This document shows, one piece after another, positions 12,441 through 22,514 of a stretch of DNA of 64,000 nucleotides. Under the pieces are notes generated by a model, which was given only the letters and a program-made list of their open reading frames with translations, did no database searches and was not told the origin of the DNA. The translations under genes were made by a program, and so were the position numbers. Numbering within the stretch: position 1 is the first letter of the stretch; every line of letters starts with the position of its first letter. Source of the stretch: Lepidodermella squamata (lineage: Eukaryota; Animalia; Gastrotricha); assembly GCA_047495785.1 (NCBI GenBank), contig JBLDXI010000033.1:1984001-2048000 (forward strand), in the 5' to 3' direction.

Positions 12441-14099
12441 TCACACACGCAAAGTCTTCAAAGGATCGACGTCTTTCTTTGCTTTCTTCCCAGCCAGTCG
12501 CTTAGCCTTGAGATTTTGACGACGCTTCGAGGGAATCAACACTGGCCCATCGGTGCCTTTCGAAGCAACGTGGACATGTTTGACAGTTTTGAACGCGCCA
12601 ACTCGCTTGACAGTTTTCGGAACAATATAATCTGGAACCGCTTTGATATTTCCGCTGTTCTTAGCGTCAAAAAGCGACTTGTCATGCTGCAGCATAGCCA
12701 AATCTTTCGGGTTAGCCGCGAAGTGACGCTTTAGCTTTTCAGAATTGAGCAACTCGCGCTTTATTTCCTTGAGACGAGCTTCCCTGATAGCACTTCGTGT
12801 CGCAGCTTGCACAGCATCTTTAACTCGATAGCGGAATCCATCAAGCTCTTCCATGCGAAGTTGATAATTTTTTATTGGAACGCCGCACTCCTTCTGAACT
12901 GAGCCAAAAAGTTCAAGATCACGTCCGCTAACAAATGATAAAGCTGTTCCAGAATTAACTCCACGCGCCGTTCGCCCAACGCGGTGAATGTATTGCTTTA
13001 TAGAAGTCGGGAAGTCGAAGTTTACAACATTAGCGACAGCATCGAAATCGATGCCTCGGGCAATGGAGAAATCTGACTGTAACGTCGATGATTTCTTGTC
13101 GCTGCTGCCAACTTGTTTTTTACCACTTTCATCATCCACATTTGGTGTCATATCACAGGCAATAATTCTATCCATACGGCCAGAATTAAACAAATCCAGG
13201 GCGTGGATACGGACACTTGCTGGTAGCTGAGGATTCAATATTGCAGTGGGAAGGCCAAACTGTTCAAGAACTATGCGTAAACGGTATGCTCGGTCAACAT
13301 TATTGATAAAAATTAAAGTACGCCCGCGCAGAAGATGCAACTTCAACAAAGAGACCAGTACCACGAATTTATCTACATCTTCGTTGCAAGTAACTTTATA
13401 ATGCTCCAGCTGATCCGGCGGAGGTAAAACAGCCGAACTGCCGTCCAAGTCATCCTTTTGTTTAACAGTGACAGGGTTCTTCAGGTACAAGGTTTTCAGC
13501 TCGGCCATTTCAGAGGTAATGGTTGCAGAAGTTACAAACGCCTGATAAGTCGATGGCAGATGACCAACAATAGAGCGCATCTCTTCCGAGTAGCCGAAAG
13601 AAAGCAGCAAATCAGCCTCGTCAATCACAAATCCAAGCAAAGATTCCTTGACGCTGAAAGATGACGCCGCTAAATGCGCTAGGATACGGCTTGGTGTTCC
13701 AATAACAATATCTGGATTTGCTGCCAAATATGTTTTTTGAACTGGCAAGGGCACGGTTGGAGACACATCAATATATGTTATTGATTCTCGGCAGCTGGCA
13801 CATAAAGCTTCAATATTGACAGATATTTGATTGCACAGCTCTTTACTAGGCGCAAGGATTAGCAGTTTTACAGACGCCGCATCGACTTTCGCTTTTTGCT
13901 TTGCATTAATGATAATGTTAAGAAAAGGTAGCAAGTATGAGCCTGTTTTTCCAGATCCGGTGCGAGCCTGGGCAACAACGTCTTTACCAGCTAACACTAA
14001 CGGAATAGCTTTTTCTTGAATGAAAGTAGGCTTGGGCCATCCAAGCTTAGCTACATCTTTTAACAAACGCTCATCAAGACCAAATCGATCAAAAGACAT
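12441..14099 (-). CDS. DDX56: DEAD-box RNA helicase DDX56/Dbp9
   Basis: Q motif, AQARTGSGKT, DEADL, SAT, RGIDF and YIHRVGRTAR motifs; Dbp9-specific EARLKEIKRELLNSEKLKRHF and terminal DPLKT. Start uncertain (14099, 14117 or an upstream exon). Confidence 0.96.
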   Translation of the reverse strand: MSFDRFGLDERLLKDVAKLGWPKPTFIQEKAIPLVLAGKDVVAQARTGSGKTGSYLLPFLNIIINAKQKAKVDAASVKLLILAPSKELCNQISVNIEALCASCRESITYIDVSPTVPLPVQKTYLAANPDIVIGTPSRILAHLAASSFSVKESLLGFVIDEADLLLSFGYSEEMRSIVGHLPSTYQAFVTSATITSEMAELKTLYLKNPVTVKQKDDLDGSSAVLPPPDQLEHYKVTCNEDVDKFVVLVSLLKLHLLRGRTLIFINNVDRAYRLRIVLEQFGLPTAILNPQLPASVRIHALDLFNSGRMDRIIACDMTPNVDDESGKKQVGSSDKKSSTLQSDFSIARGIDFDAVANVVNFDFPTSIKQYIHRVGRTARGVNSGTALSFVSGRDLELFGSVQKECGVPIKNYQLRMEELDGFRYRVKDAVQAATRSAIREARLKEIKRELLNSEKLKRHFAANPKDLAMLQHDKSLFDAKNSGNIKAVPDYIVPKTVKRVGAFKTVKHVHVASKGTDGPVLIPSKRRQNLKAKRLAGKKAKKDVDPLKTLRV

Positions 14100-14934
14100 A
14101 TCTAGAAATAAAAACATGAACGGAGTTGTTAAACGTGGTAACGTTATAAAACAAATGTTGCAATAATTGGAGAGTGGTGAAGAGCGACGTTAGAAAAAAC
14201 CAGTTGTAAGTTCTCTAGAACCAAATAGCTCCTTTCATGGGAGCCATTGCAAATCTCAACATTGCATTGCTAATTATTTCAGACCTGAAAGTAACTTCAA
14301 CCGTCAATCGTTATCTCAGTTTAGAAGTTTAGTCATTAAACAAACCCTTAGTTTTGGGGGTGAAGCTTGGTCTATAATAAAGTTTCAGCCTTCCGACACT
14401 CATCCCCAATCAAGCTTCGGGTCCATTACCATAAAAAAGAATACTCGAATGTTGTGATACGCGTCTCTAAGAGTAGCTCTATAGAATGAGAATGATTCCA
14501 CAAGAAAAGTGCTTCATTTCATGACTTTTACAGATAGCACAGCGGCGGTTTTACTTGTTACATACAGGTACAATTTTCATACTCTTATATGTAGGAGTAA
14601 AGTTGCCTGGCTGATGTTATTTTTAGAGTAGAATATTCTTTAAGCAGTGCTCTAGGACCAGTTTACTCTAGGAGACAGCTTTAGAAGTAACGCTACCTGA
14701 CTAAAAGTAGCAGTACAAGGTAAATAGCTAAATGCGGCTGATAGCTGAGTTTAGAACGGAAAATACTACCAGCTGAAGACAGGAAAAGACCATGAATGCT
14801 GACTAATACCAATCAATAATGCTGAAACATAATCCCAATATGGTTCTATTAGGATCCAGGTTCCAGGTTCCAGTCGAAGCCATCCGGCCGCCTTTGGCAG
14901 CAGCGAGAGGTGAGAACACGAAGCACGTGCCACC

Positions 14935-14957
14935 ATGGATGGATGGATGGATGGATG
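14935..14957. repeat. (ATGG)n/(CCAT)n microsatellite forming the LINE 3' tail
   Basis: atggatggatggatggatggatg directly abuts the LINE 3' hairpin. Confidence 0.9.
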
Positions 14958-15092
14958 TTAGACCCTGACACCATTTCTGGTGATTTAACAGGGCTTGGGA
15001 TGATAAGTTATGCCTGTCACCGATAATTCGATGTTAGGCGCAGAGATGGCACAATGTGATACAAAAATAAATTATAAAAATAGAGCTATGAT

Positions 15093-18000
15093 CTATTTGG
15101 TCCATTCAGACACCTGTTCGATGAAGAATTGCTGAAGGTAGGCGGCTTTGCGGCAGGCTTTCGAGCTAGTGAGCTTACGAATGAAGGGGTCGGTCTGTCT
15201 CCATGCCTTCGAGCCGCGGATGAGGAAAGTTCGATCTTGGGTGACACTGTCGGACTGCGTGGCCTTGAGGCTGCCGTTCGTTGAACTGCGGAGTCCGGGG
15301 TTCACCTCTGTTTTCGGCTTGAAGAGTTCGATTAGCTCAACTGGTGCTTCGCCATGGAGGCACTGGAAAACCAACTTAGTTTCGTGAACTTGTCTTCTTC
15401 CAGCGAGAGTGAGCCATTTCAGGTGGCAGCGTAGGTCGTCGACTGGGCACGAGTAGTCCTTCATCATTAGCGCTCGGATGGCGTTGTCTTGCGCTCGATC
15501 AAGGGTCTTCCTGGCAGCAGCAGAACCAGCACTGAGTATCACGTCACAATAGCTGAGTCGCGAGTTCACCAGGCTGTTGTAGATAGCTTTGCGACCGTCT
15601 AACGGGATACCGTTCTGGCCGGCTAGGCGTAGGGCGTATGATCCGCTGCGACACTTGGCGTGGACGAGCTGGGCGTGTTCCTCAAAATTGAGGCGGTTGT
15701 CGACTTGTACTCCGAGTAACTTAATCGATTGTTGAGGGTGAATGAGCGTTCCGTTCACATTGACTGGTAGGTTGACGTCGATTTTCGCGGTTTTCGGGCC
15801 GATGAACATTATTTGAGTCTTCGTTTCATTCAACTTTAGAGAGTTAACACTTAGCCAGTTTGCGACATGGGAGAGCTGTTTTTCGAGTATGGACTTCGCT
15901 TCGTCAATTGTTGACCCAATCGCATAGATCGTAGTGTCGTCAGCGTACATAACGGAGTAGCAGTTGGGATCGTTGATAGTTTCTGGCAGTTCGTTAACAT
16001 AGACGGTGAAGAGAAGAGGGCCAAGGACACTCCCTTGAGGGACACCGTATCTGATTGGCAATGACGACGAGGAGATGTTGCCGACCTTAACCTTCTGGTG
16101 ACGGTTAGACAGATAGTCCGTGAACAGGTTCAGGGCTACGGGCCCAAGACCAAACGAACGGAGAGATTCGATGACCCCAGCAGGGTCCAGCGAATCGAAC
16201 GCTTTTGATAGATCCAGGCTGGCAGTGGCGACGTACTTGTTTTGCGCTGCAGCTACGAGCCACTTCTCAGCGAGCGATACCAGACAGCCGCTTGTCGAGT
16301 GGTGTTTGCGAAAGCCGAACTGGTATTTTGACAGGTAGCTGTTCAGGTGAGGTTTCAGTTGTTCACCGAGGCAACGTTCGAATAGTTTTAGGCATCCAGG
16401 TAGGATCGAAATAGGACGGTAATTCTCAGGCAGCTGTTTCTCGCCAGACTTGTGAATCGGTGTTACGACGCTGGTTTTCCAGTCTTCGGGGAGTCTGTCA
16501 CCTGTGAGGATACTATTGAACAGGGAGACCAAGGCGGCGTTCATGGCCGGGCAGCTAATGCTGTCTCGTAGAACAAATTCAGGAATGCCATCGTTGCCAG
16601 CAGTCTTCTTGTTCGAAAGCTTCTTTGCACTTTCACTCAGATCTTTTTCCGTGATTTCGCGAAACTCGAAGGCCTGTTTGATACTAGATGCGCGGCGTTT
16701 CATATTAGGCGTTGGCAGCGATTTGGCAACTTTTTCTCCGACTGTACAAAAATAAGCGTTGAATTTATCAGCCATGGCAGTAGCTGTGTCGTCATCGATT
16801 TCTTCGTGTTTCTTTTTGTTCGGCATGAAGTCGTTCAGAATTTTCCAGACTTCTTTGGGGTCACCGCCGGCTTCGGTCAGTCGGTCTTCGTAGTGCTTGG
16901 ATTTCCAGTTTCTCGTCAATTTTTTCACTTTTGTTTTGATGGCCTTGAAGCGAGCCAGCGAGTCATCAGATTGGAACGTTAGATGATCTCGGTGAGCCTT
17001 GTTCTTTTCCTCGATGGCTAGTATTAGTTCGACGTCGAGTTTCTTCGATGTATTCAGTTCCAAGCGCTTTTTGGTAGTTTTTCCAGGCTTCACAGTGATA
17101 GTTGTAAAAGGAGCGATGATGTCGAGAACAGCGATAACGTGACCTTTGATCCTGGACCATTTGTCAGCGGAGGAAGAGTTCTCGGGGATAGGATCAGCCT
17201 CCAGGCGGCTATTGAGCATTGAGTTGAATAGTTCAGGCTTATAGCCTTTGAATTTGCGCACGTTTATCTTGTACGGTTTCTGAGCTTCTGCAGTAGTTCT
17301 CAGAAAACAGGCCGTGCCGTAGTGGTCGGAGAAACCGGGTAAGGTAGCTGTGCCCACGGCTTCATGTGACTTGCTAACCCAGATGTGGTCCAGACTCGAG
17401 TTCGAAATAGGCCGGGTGATTTTATAATCGTCAATTTGAACGAATTTGTGAACTTTCAAAATTCTGAATAGGTCTGTAGCAATCGATGGATTAGCGGTAT
17501 TGATGTTCGAGTCGCCATTGATGATGACGCGTGCGTTCTTCTTGTTTTTGAGGTTGATGGTTTCTAGCAGCGAGGAGATTTTATCTTCCCAGTTTGGATG
17601 ATCTGGCGGTCTGTAGATAGAGAAGATACGCTGGACCCCCGATTTGGTTCGGATATCGACCCAGATGTTCTCAATAGGTTGTTCCTTCGTGTGTTCAAGA
17701 ACGCCAGTTGCCGAGACAAAGATACCTTTCTTTACTAGAATTGCAACACCACCTCCGCCCTTCGTTCGCGGATTAGAGTAGATGGTGTAGTCCGGGAACA
17801 AGGTTCTTAGGTTGTCTTCTGGGTGATCCACAGCGAGTTTCGATTCGGAGAAGCAAATCACATCAGGTGTTCGAGGCGCAGTTTTATTGACAGTTAGTCC
17901 AACTTCAGTTGCTTTCCCAGTTAGACTATTTACATTGTAGTGTAGGATATACAGGTTGGCGTTGAGTTGTTCCAGCCTTTGTCGGACTTCTTCCACGCGA

Positions 18001-19616
18001 AGAGTGGGTGGAACAATAGTTGTTTTCGGTGCTGTGGGTGGGACGACAGTTGTTTTCGGTACAGCTGCGGCTTTACCTCGACGCTGTGTACATGGATGTT
18101 GGGAGGTGGTTGAACACTTAGGGCATGACCACCTAACGTTTTTCTTGCTAAAATGCTTCCAGCTTTTCTCGTCCAGTTGGGTGCAGGTGCGGTGCCACCA
18201 GAAGTCGCATTGCGTGCAGAGGATACAGTCGGAGCCGTCTGAGCAGTACTTCGAGCATGATGGGCAGTAGTCGTGACAGATAGGACAAAGCCAGTTTTCC
18301 ATGCAGTTAGCCGGAATGCAGGAGTCATGGCATTTGATATCGCAGTTTGAGCATTTCTTAAAGCGTTTTCCAACAGACTTCTTCAGGTCCTTACAGATCA
18401 GGCAGACTGTTTTCGCGGGGCCAGGATTCGACTCGATGTCCCCACATTTCAGCAGTTTTAGTCGGTCGAATGATGACTTGATGGTAGGAAGAGTGTGTTC
18501 GGCATGGATAACGTGAAGCTTTATGGAGTAGCGGGGCACATTAGAGCCAGCTATATCTTCGCGTCGAAAGGTGATGAGAAGAATTAGAGCCAACAACTGC
18601 TTCGGAAATCGGTGGTCAGCTTTGAGTAAGTTAAAAGCATGATCGACATGCAATAGTGCAGATTTAACAATAAACCCGGTGATAACAACAGTTGCGAGAA
18701 GTCCAAGAAGGTCCAGGCAGTGTTGAAACAGCGGGACATGGTTGCGTAAGACGTTGAGCGTAGATGAGCAGGTGTCGATACCTAGGGCTGCATGGTTCAG
18801 GACAGAAATTGCAATGATGCCAACCTTGAAGATCTTTACAGAGATAGGATAAGAGTTCTCAACCATACAAACATAATGCTGCCTTTTGTGTACAATCATA
18901 TAACACATCAAGCGAAATACAGAATAAGACAGGCAGAGACTGATGACAACTAGAACGAGCAGGGCCATGCTACTGACAATGAACAGACAAGAACAAATCA
19001 GTGCGAGGACCAAGGTAGCATGACTCAAGAGAACCGAGAGTTGTGCAAATCTGGTCAGAAATTTACAAAATAGATGCAGTCGTATACATGGGCCCCTGAG
19101 GGGGCTGAAAACGTTTTGACAAAGGCGTTCAGTGATGAGCTCATCAAGTATATTCATAGTAAAACTGAGGGATTTCTCTAGCGAGCGGAATACCGTTAGT
19201 AACCCATTTTTGCCTGTCAGGTGAGTGGCGATCGAGCATAGCCAATGTCCAGCACCGGGCCATGTCAACCCCAAACGCAAGACAAGCAGTCGTAGGTGTA
19301 AACGGTTTTCGAGTCGGGCGAGGTGAGATCTCAAACTGAAGTATCGTACAGCGAAGTGAAACAGGAAACGATCCCGAAAGCAACAGTACAATTTCAGAGG
19401 GAGGTAACAAGCAGCAGTCAGTAACATATACAAAGTGAGCCATAACAATGAACAGGCGCGGAAGATAAGAACTACAAGGAGATCATTGGATAGTAGGCAA
19501 GTGTACATAAAGAGGTCAAAAGGAGCAGTATTTACAATGTCCGCTGTTCGTAGTAAAAGCACCAGAAGCAGAAGGGCCGTCATACGAGAGAACCAGCACT
19601 GCAAAGAGATGTTCAT
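15093..19616 (-). CDS. LINE polyprotein: hydrophobic leader - 2A peptide - 2x PHD - APE endonuclease - reverse transcriptase
   Basis: 2A: LLKCGDIESNPGP. Two C4HC3-like PHD fingers. APE: HYNVNSL, CFSES, GGGVAI, IYRPP, GDSNI, LDHI, SDH. RT: NYRPIS, QFGFR, LDLSKAFD, GVPQGSVLGP, YADD, LLGV. Confidence 0.95.
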   Translation of the reverse strand: MNISLQCWFSRMTALLLLVLLLRTADIVNTAPFDLFMYTCLLSNDLLVVLIFRACSLLWLTLYMLLTAACYLPLKLYCCFRDRFLFHFAVRYFSLRSHLARLENRLHLRLLVLRLGLTWPGAGHWLCSIATHLTGKNGLLTVFRSLEKSLSFTMNILDELITERLCQNVFSPLRGPCIRLHLFCKFLTRFAQLSVLLSHATLVLALICSCLFIVSSMALLVLVVISLCLSYSVFRLMCYMIVHKRQHYVCMVENSYPISVKIFKVGIIAISVLNHAALGIDTCSSTLNVLRNHVPLFQHCLDLLGLLATVVITGFIVKSALLHVDHAFNLLKADHRFPKQLLALILLITFRREDIAGSNVPRYSIKLHVIHAEHTLPTIKSSFDRLKLLKCGDIESNPGPAKTVCLICKDLKKSVGKRFKKCSNCDIKCHDSCIPANCMENWLCPICHDYCPSCSKYCSDGSDCILCTQCDFWWHRTCTQLDEKSWKHFSKKNVRWSCPKCSTTSQHPCTQRRGKAAAVPKTTVVPPTAPKTTIVPPTLRVEEVRQRLEQLNANLYILHYNVNSLTGKATEVGLTVNKTAPRTPDVICFSESKLAVDHPEDNLRTLFPDYTIYSNPRTKGGGGVAILVKKGIFVSATGVLEHTKEQPIENIWVDIRTKSGVQRIFSIYRPPDHPNWEDKISSLLETINLKNKKNARVIINGDSNINTANPSIATDLFRILKVHKFVQIDDYKITRPISNSSLDHIWVSKSHEAVGTATLPGFSDHYGTACFLRTTAEAQKPYKINVRKFKGYKPELFNSMLNSRLEADPIPENSSSADKWSRIKGHVIAVLDIIAPFTTITVKPGKTTKKRLELNTSKKLDVELILAIEEKNKAHRDHLTFQSDDSLARFKAIKTKVKKLTRNWKSKHYEDRLTEAGGDPKEVWKILNDFMPNKKKHEEIDDDTATAMADKFNAYFCTVGEKVAKSLPTPNMKRRASSIKQAFEFREITEKDLSESAKKLSNKKTAGNDGIPEFVLRDSISCPAMNAALVSLFNSILTGDRLPEDWKTSVVTPIHKSGEKQLPENYRPISILPGCLKLFERCLGEQLKPHLNSYLSKYQFGFRKHHSTSGCLVSLAEKWLVAAAQNKYVATASLDLSKAFDSLDPAGVIESLRSFGLGPVALNLFTDYLSNRHQKVKVGNISSSSLPIRYGVPQGSVLGPLLFTVYVNELPETINDPNCYSVMYADDTTIYAIGSTIDEAKSILEKQLSHVANWLSVNSLKLNETKTQIMFIGPKTAKIDVNLPVNVNGTLIHPQQSIKLLGVQVDNRLNFEEHAQLVHAKCRSGSYALRLAGQNGIPLDGRKAIYNSLVNSRLSYCDVILSAGSAAARKTLDRAQDNAIRALMMKDYSCPVDDLRCHLKWLTLAGRRQVHETKLVFQCLHGEAPVELIELFKPKTEVNPGLRSSTNGSLKATQSDSVTQDRTFLIRGSKAWRQTDPFIRKLTSSKACRKAAYLQQFFIEQVSEWTK
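18417..18440 (-). other. 2A/StopGo ribosome-skipping motif D-I-E-S-N-P-G/P (aa 393-400 of the LINE ORF)
   Basis: Codons GAC ATC GAG TCG AAT CCT GGC CCC exactly match D(V/I)ExNPG-P and are preceded by FDRLKLLKCG, similar to FMDV-type FDLLKLAG. Confidence 0.9.
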
Positions 19617-19858
19617 GCAGTCGGGTTTATCCTGTGAGGGATAAGGACCAAACGCAGCGACCCGCCAAAACGCATAAATTCAAATTTTATGAAAATAATT
19701 CTAATATATAAGGGTTTTATCAAAAAGCAATTAATTTGTTTGGATTCACAATCTCTTTCCTTGACATATTTTTGGCGCTAACATTTTGAAATGAAATGAC
19801 TCACGATTGCATCGCAAAGTCGGAATCGATGCCTGCGTTTAGTCGTAGCTGATGAATA

Positions 19859-21280
19859 ATGAAAGCCAATAGAAAAGCGGATGAATATTACTTTGATGTT
19901 GAGAAGAACCGATATTTCAAGATATTGCCAAGCCACGAGTGTCAGCATGAATCATCATTCCTGACATCCAGTAAAGCACTTGAATTGAACAGCCGGAAAT
20001 ATTGGTTGTCCTCGTATCAACGTTCGACTGGCCACATTTCTGCCATCCCACAGCTTTGTACTCGGAGGCTAATATTTGGTAATAGGTCGCACGAGGCTGC
20101 TTTGCGGCGATATGCCGTATCACGACTGTCGTCATCATCGAATAGCCAGATGCTGGTTTCTTCGAGGATACCTCTCTCGTCAGTCGAATTCATATTAATG
20201 CCGCCGAATAGACTTCTGGAACCTATTACAATATCTATTTCCGATCAATCTGAGATAACGTTACGATTTTTGAAATTAACTGAAGATTCTCATTCGTCTT
20301 ATGTATCGAGAGAAAGCAGAAATACTGTTTTCAGGCTCCATCAATGCCATCCTTCTGCGAAGTTGTATGGTGATATTATTGATCCATGCGTTGTCGAGAA
20401 TCCCTACCGTGTAATATTTGGCACAATGTCTGGTATGGGATTAACCAACTCATCAATTGTTTTACATGATATTGAGCATGGTTATGATGAGGTGAGCTAT
20501 CGGACCCTGGAAATTGCGTCTTCCTAAAAGCTATGAATATTTTCTTTTTCAACATAGACATTATCATTTGGTTCGAGAGAAATATGGTCCTGCGCATGGA
20601 ATGAATCTCACAAGAGACTTGCTATTGGCAGCCATCGCAACGCTTACTGCCTCGACCCTGAAACGCGAGCTGTTCAAACGTTGTTTACCGAGGGAGCAGA
20701 CGTGCTATCTCAAGCTTTCGGCATTGCTTCAACAAACGCTCATCAGGTTTTATTCAATGGCTGCCGAAATAAGAAAGTTATAGCCAATGATTTACGCGAC
20801 GCTTCAAAGGCGATTAAAGTTATCGATAGTTGCAAGTTTTATACTGCATCTATTAATTCGATATTATGTTCACCCTTGGATGATCACGTGTTGTACGTTG
20901 CTGACAGGAGTGGAAATGTAAGTCAACATTTTTTCTGTATTCCATGATAGCATTGTTTATAAAACTGTTAGGTGCTATCATGGGATTTAAGAATGCCAAC
21001 TGAACCCATGTCGAGATTCAGCGAAACTGATCGCTTGCCTCATGTCATCGGTGGGAAATTCAACTTGGATCATTCAGGGCACTATTTATATAATATTGGC
21101 CCGGACAAAGTGATCAGAATATGGAATGCAAGAAATGCCGACCTCGAGGCAATCATCTTAGGACCATCTTCAAAATTGACCAGCGCTGTTTTGGTCACAA
21201 ATATGAATCTTCCATCTCGATATTTAATTTGCCCTTTTATCATAATGGCGACCTCAGCTGGACTTGCGATTGTATGTTGA
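19859..21280 (+). CDS. DCAF4: DDB1- and CUL4-associated factor 4 / WDR21 homolog (WD40), 3 exons
   Basis: YYFDVEKNRYFKILPSH resembles the DCAF4 N-terminal motif FYFDPEKKRYFRLLPGH; also IWSCAW, ADVLSQAF, LFNGCR..DLR and WDLR. Confidence 0.85.
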
Positions 21281-21383
21281 AATACAGCGGCAGTATCCTA
21301 CAATTTTGACGGACTATTTGTCGTTGACATTTTATCCAATAATCATCTCGTTTTCGATAGAATTGTATTTAAAATTAATTTCT

Positions 21384-22514
21384 ATGGATCACTACTTGAA
21401 CACCGATCCACTCAAGTTGATTCATACTCACAAACTGAGCTACATCAATGGCATCATCAAACGATTAAAAGCCGACCAACTGCGGCATTGGTTGCAAGTT
21501 CATGGCCAGAACTATCAAGGTCACAAAGACGTCATAACTAAGAGATTGAGGGCCCTGGTTAAGCGTGAGGCAGATAATTTGAGGAGTCCTCAAAAGTCCA
21601 AGCAACCCTCAGCAGATGGTGAAACTCGTTATTATTTTGTCATGGACATTGAAGCGACTTGCGAGGAACCTTTGCCTCCTGAATATCCTCACGAAGTCAT
21701 TGAGCTACCGATCGTGGTTGTCGACGCGCAGTCCCGAACCATTGTAAGAATCTTTTCTTATCCGTTAGATTTTTTGAACATCCAAGCAAATTTAGGTTGC
21801 TGAATTTCGTGAAATTGTTCGCCCTATTCTAAACCCTATGTTAAGCGATTTTTGCGTCGAGCTGACTGGTATCACTCAATCTGACGTCGATAAGGCTGAT
21901 GTTTATGCAGATGTGTTCCCGCGTCTGCTTGATTTTTTGAAACCTTTTTTGGAGTCTAAATGCATACTGGTGACGGATTCGCCGTACGACGTCTACAGAT
22001 TTTTGATGCCGGCTTGTCAACTTCACGGGTTGAAATTTCCAGATTGGGGCAAGAGTTGGATAAATTTGCGAAAGGTTTCAGAATCTTTGGCCAATTTTTG
22101 CTAGTATTTCATTTATTCATCTCGCAGGTATTTTCCTATTACTACAAAACGGAGCGCATGAATCTCGCCGGAATGCTATCTCATCTGGGTTCGTTTGAAA
22201 AGGCTATAAAAGAGGTTTTATTCTTGCAACATATTTCAGGCATGGATTTCGACGGAAGACCTCATTGCGGATTAGATGACGCTCGAAACATCGCGAGAAT
22301 ACTGCTTGTATTGCTCAACGATGGCTGTGTTCCTATGCCGAATGAAGGCCTTAATAAGGTTGCGCACGGCACCCTTTCCTCTATTGCTAACAACCGAAAT
22401 TCGCAGAAGAGTTCATCGCCTGAATCAAAGCAGCCTATACTCGATAGAGCCGAGTCAAAAGAGACCATTCGGCTTCAAAAACTGGAGCTTTCAATGTTAA
22501 ATATGAAAGTCTGA
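21384..22514 (+). CDS. ERI1: 3'-5' exoribonuclease 1 (SAP + DEDDh), 4 exons
   Basis: SAP-like LRHWLQVHGQNYQGHKDVITKRL; exonuclease motifs VMDIEATCE, HEVIELP, LSDFCVELTGITQ, TDSPYD and GRPHCGLDDARNIA. Confidence 0.92.

Larger units (their letters stand above)
14935..19670 (-). mobile_element. Apparently intact APE-type non-LTR retrotransposon (CR1/L2 group) with single ORF, 3' stem-loop and (CATC)n tail
   Basis: 1507-aa uninterrupted ORF; short 3' UTR with hairpin at 14963-14993; microsatellite tail at 14935-14957. No TSD seen, which is usual for CR1/L2. The 5' boundary is approximate (composition shifts to AT-rich at ~19670). Confidence 0.93.

Noticed and set aside
19617-19670. HDV-like ribozyme at the LINE 5' end
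   Set aside because: A hairpin TTATCC-CTCACA-GGATAA and CGGGT/ACCCG pairing exist, but I could not build the nested double pseudoknot.
19848-19868. Hammerhead-like CTGATGA...GAAA
   Set aside because: No stem II or flanking helices; it overlaps the DCAF4 start codon.
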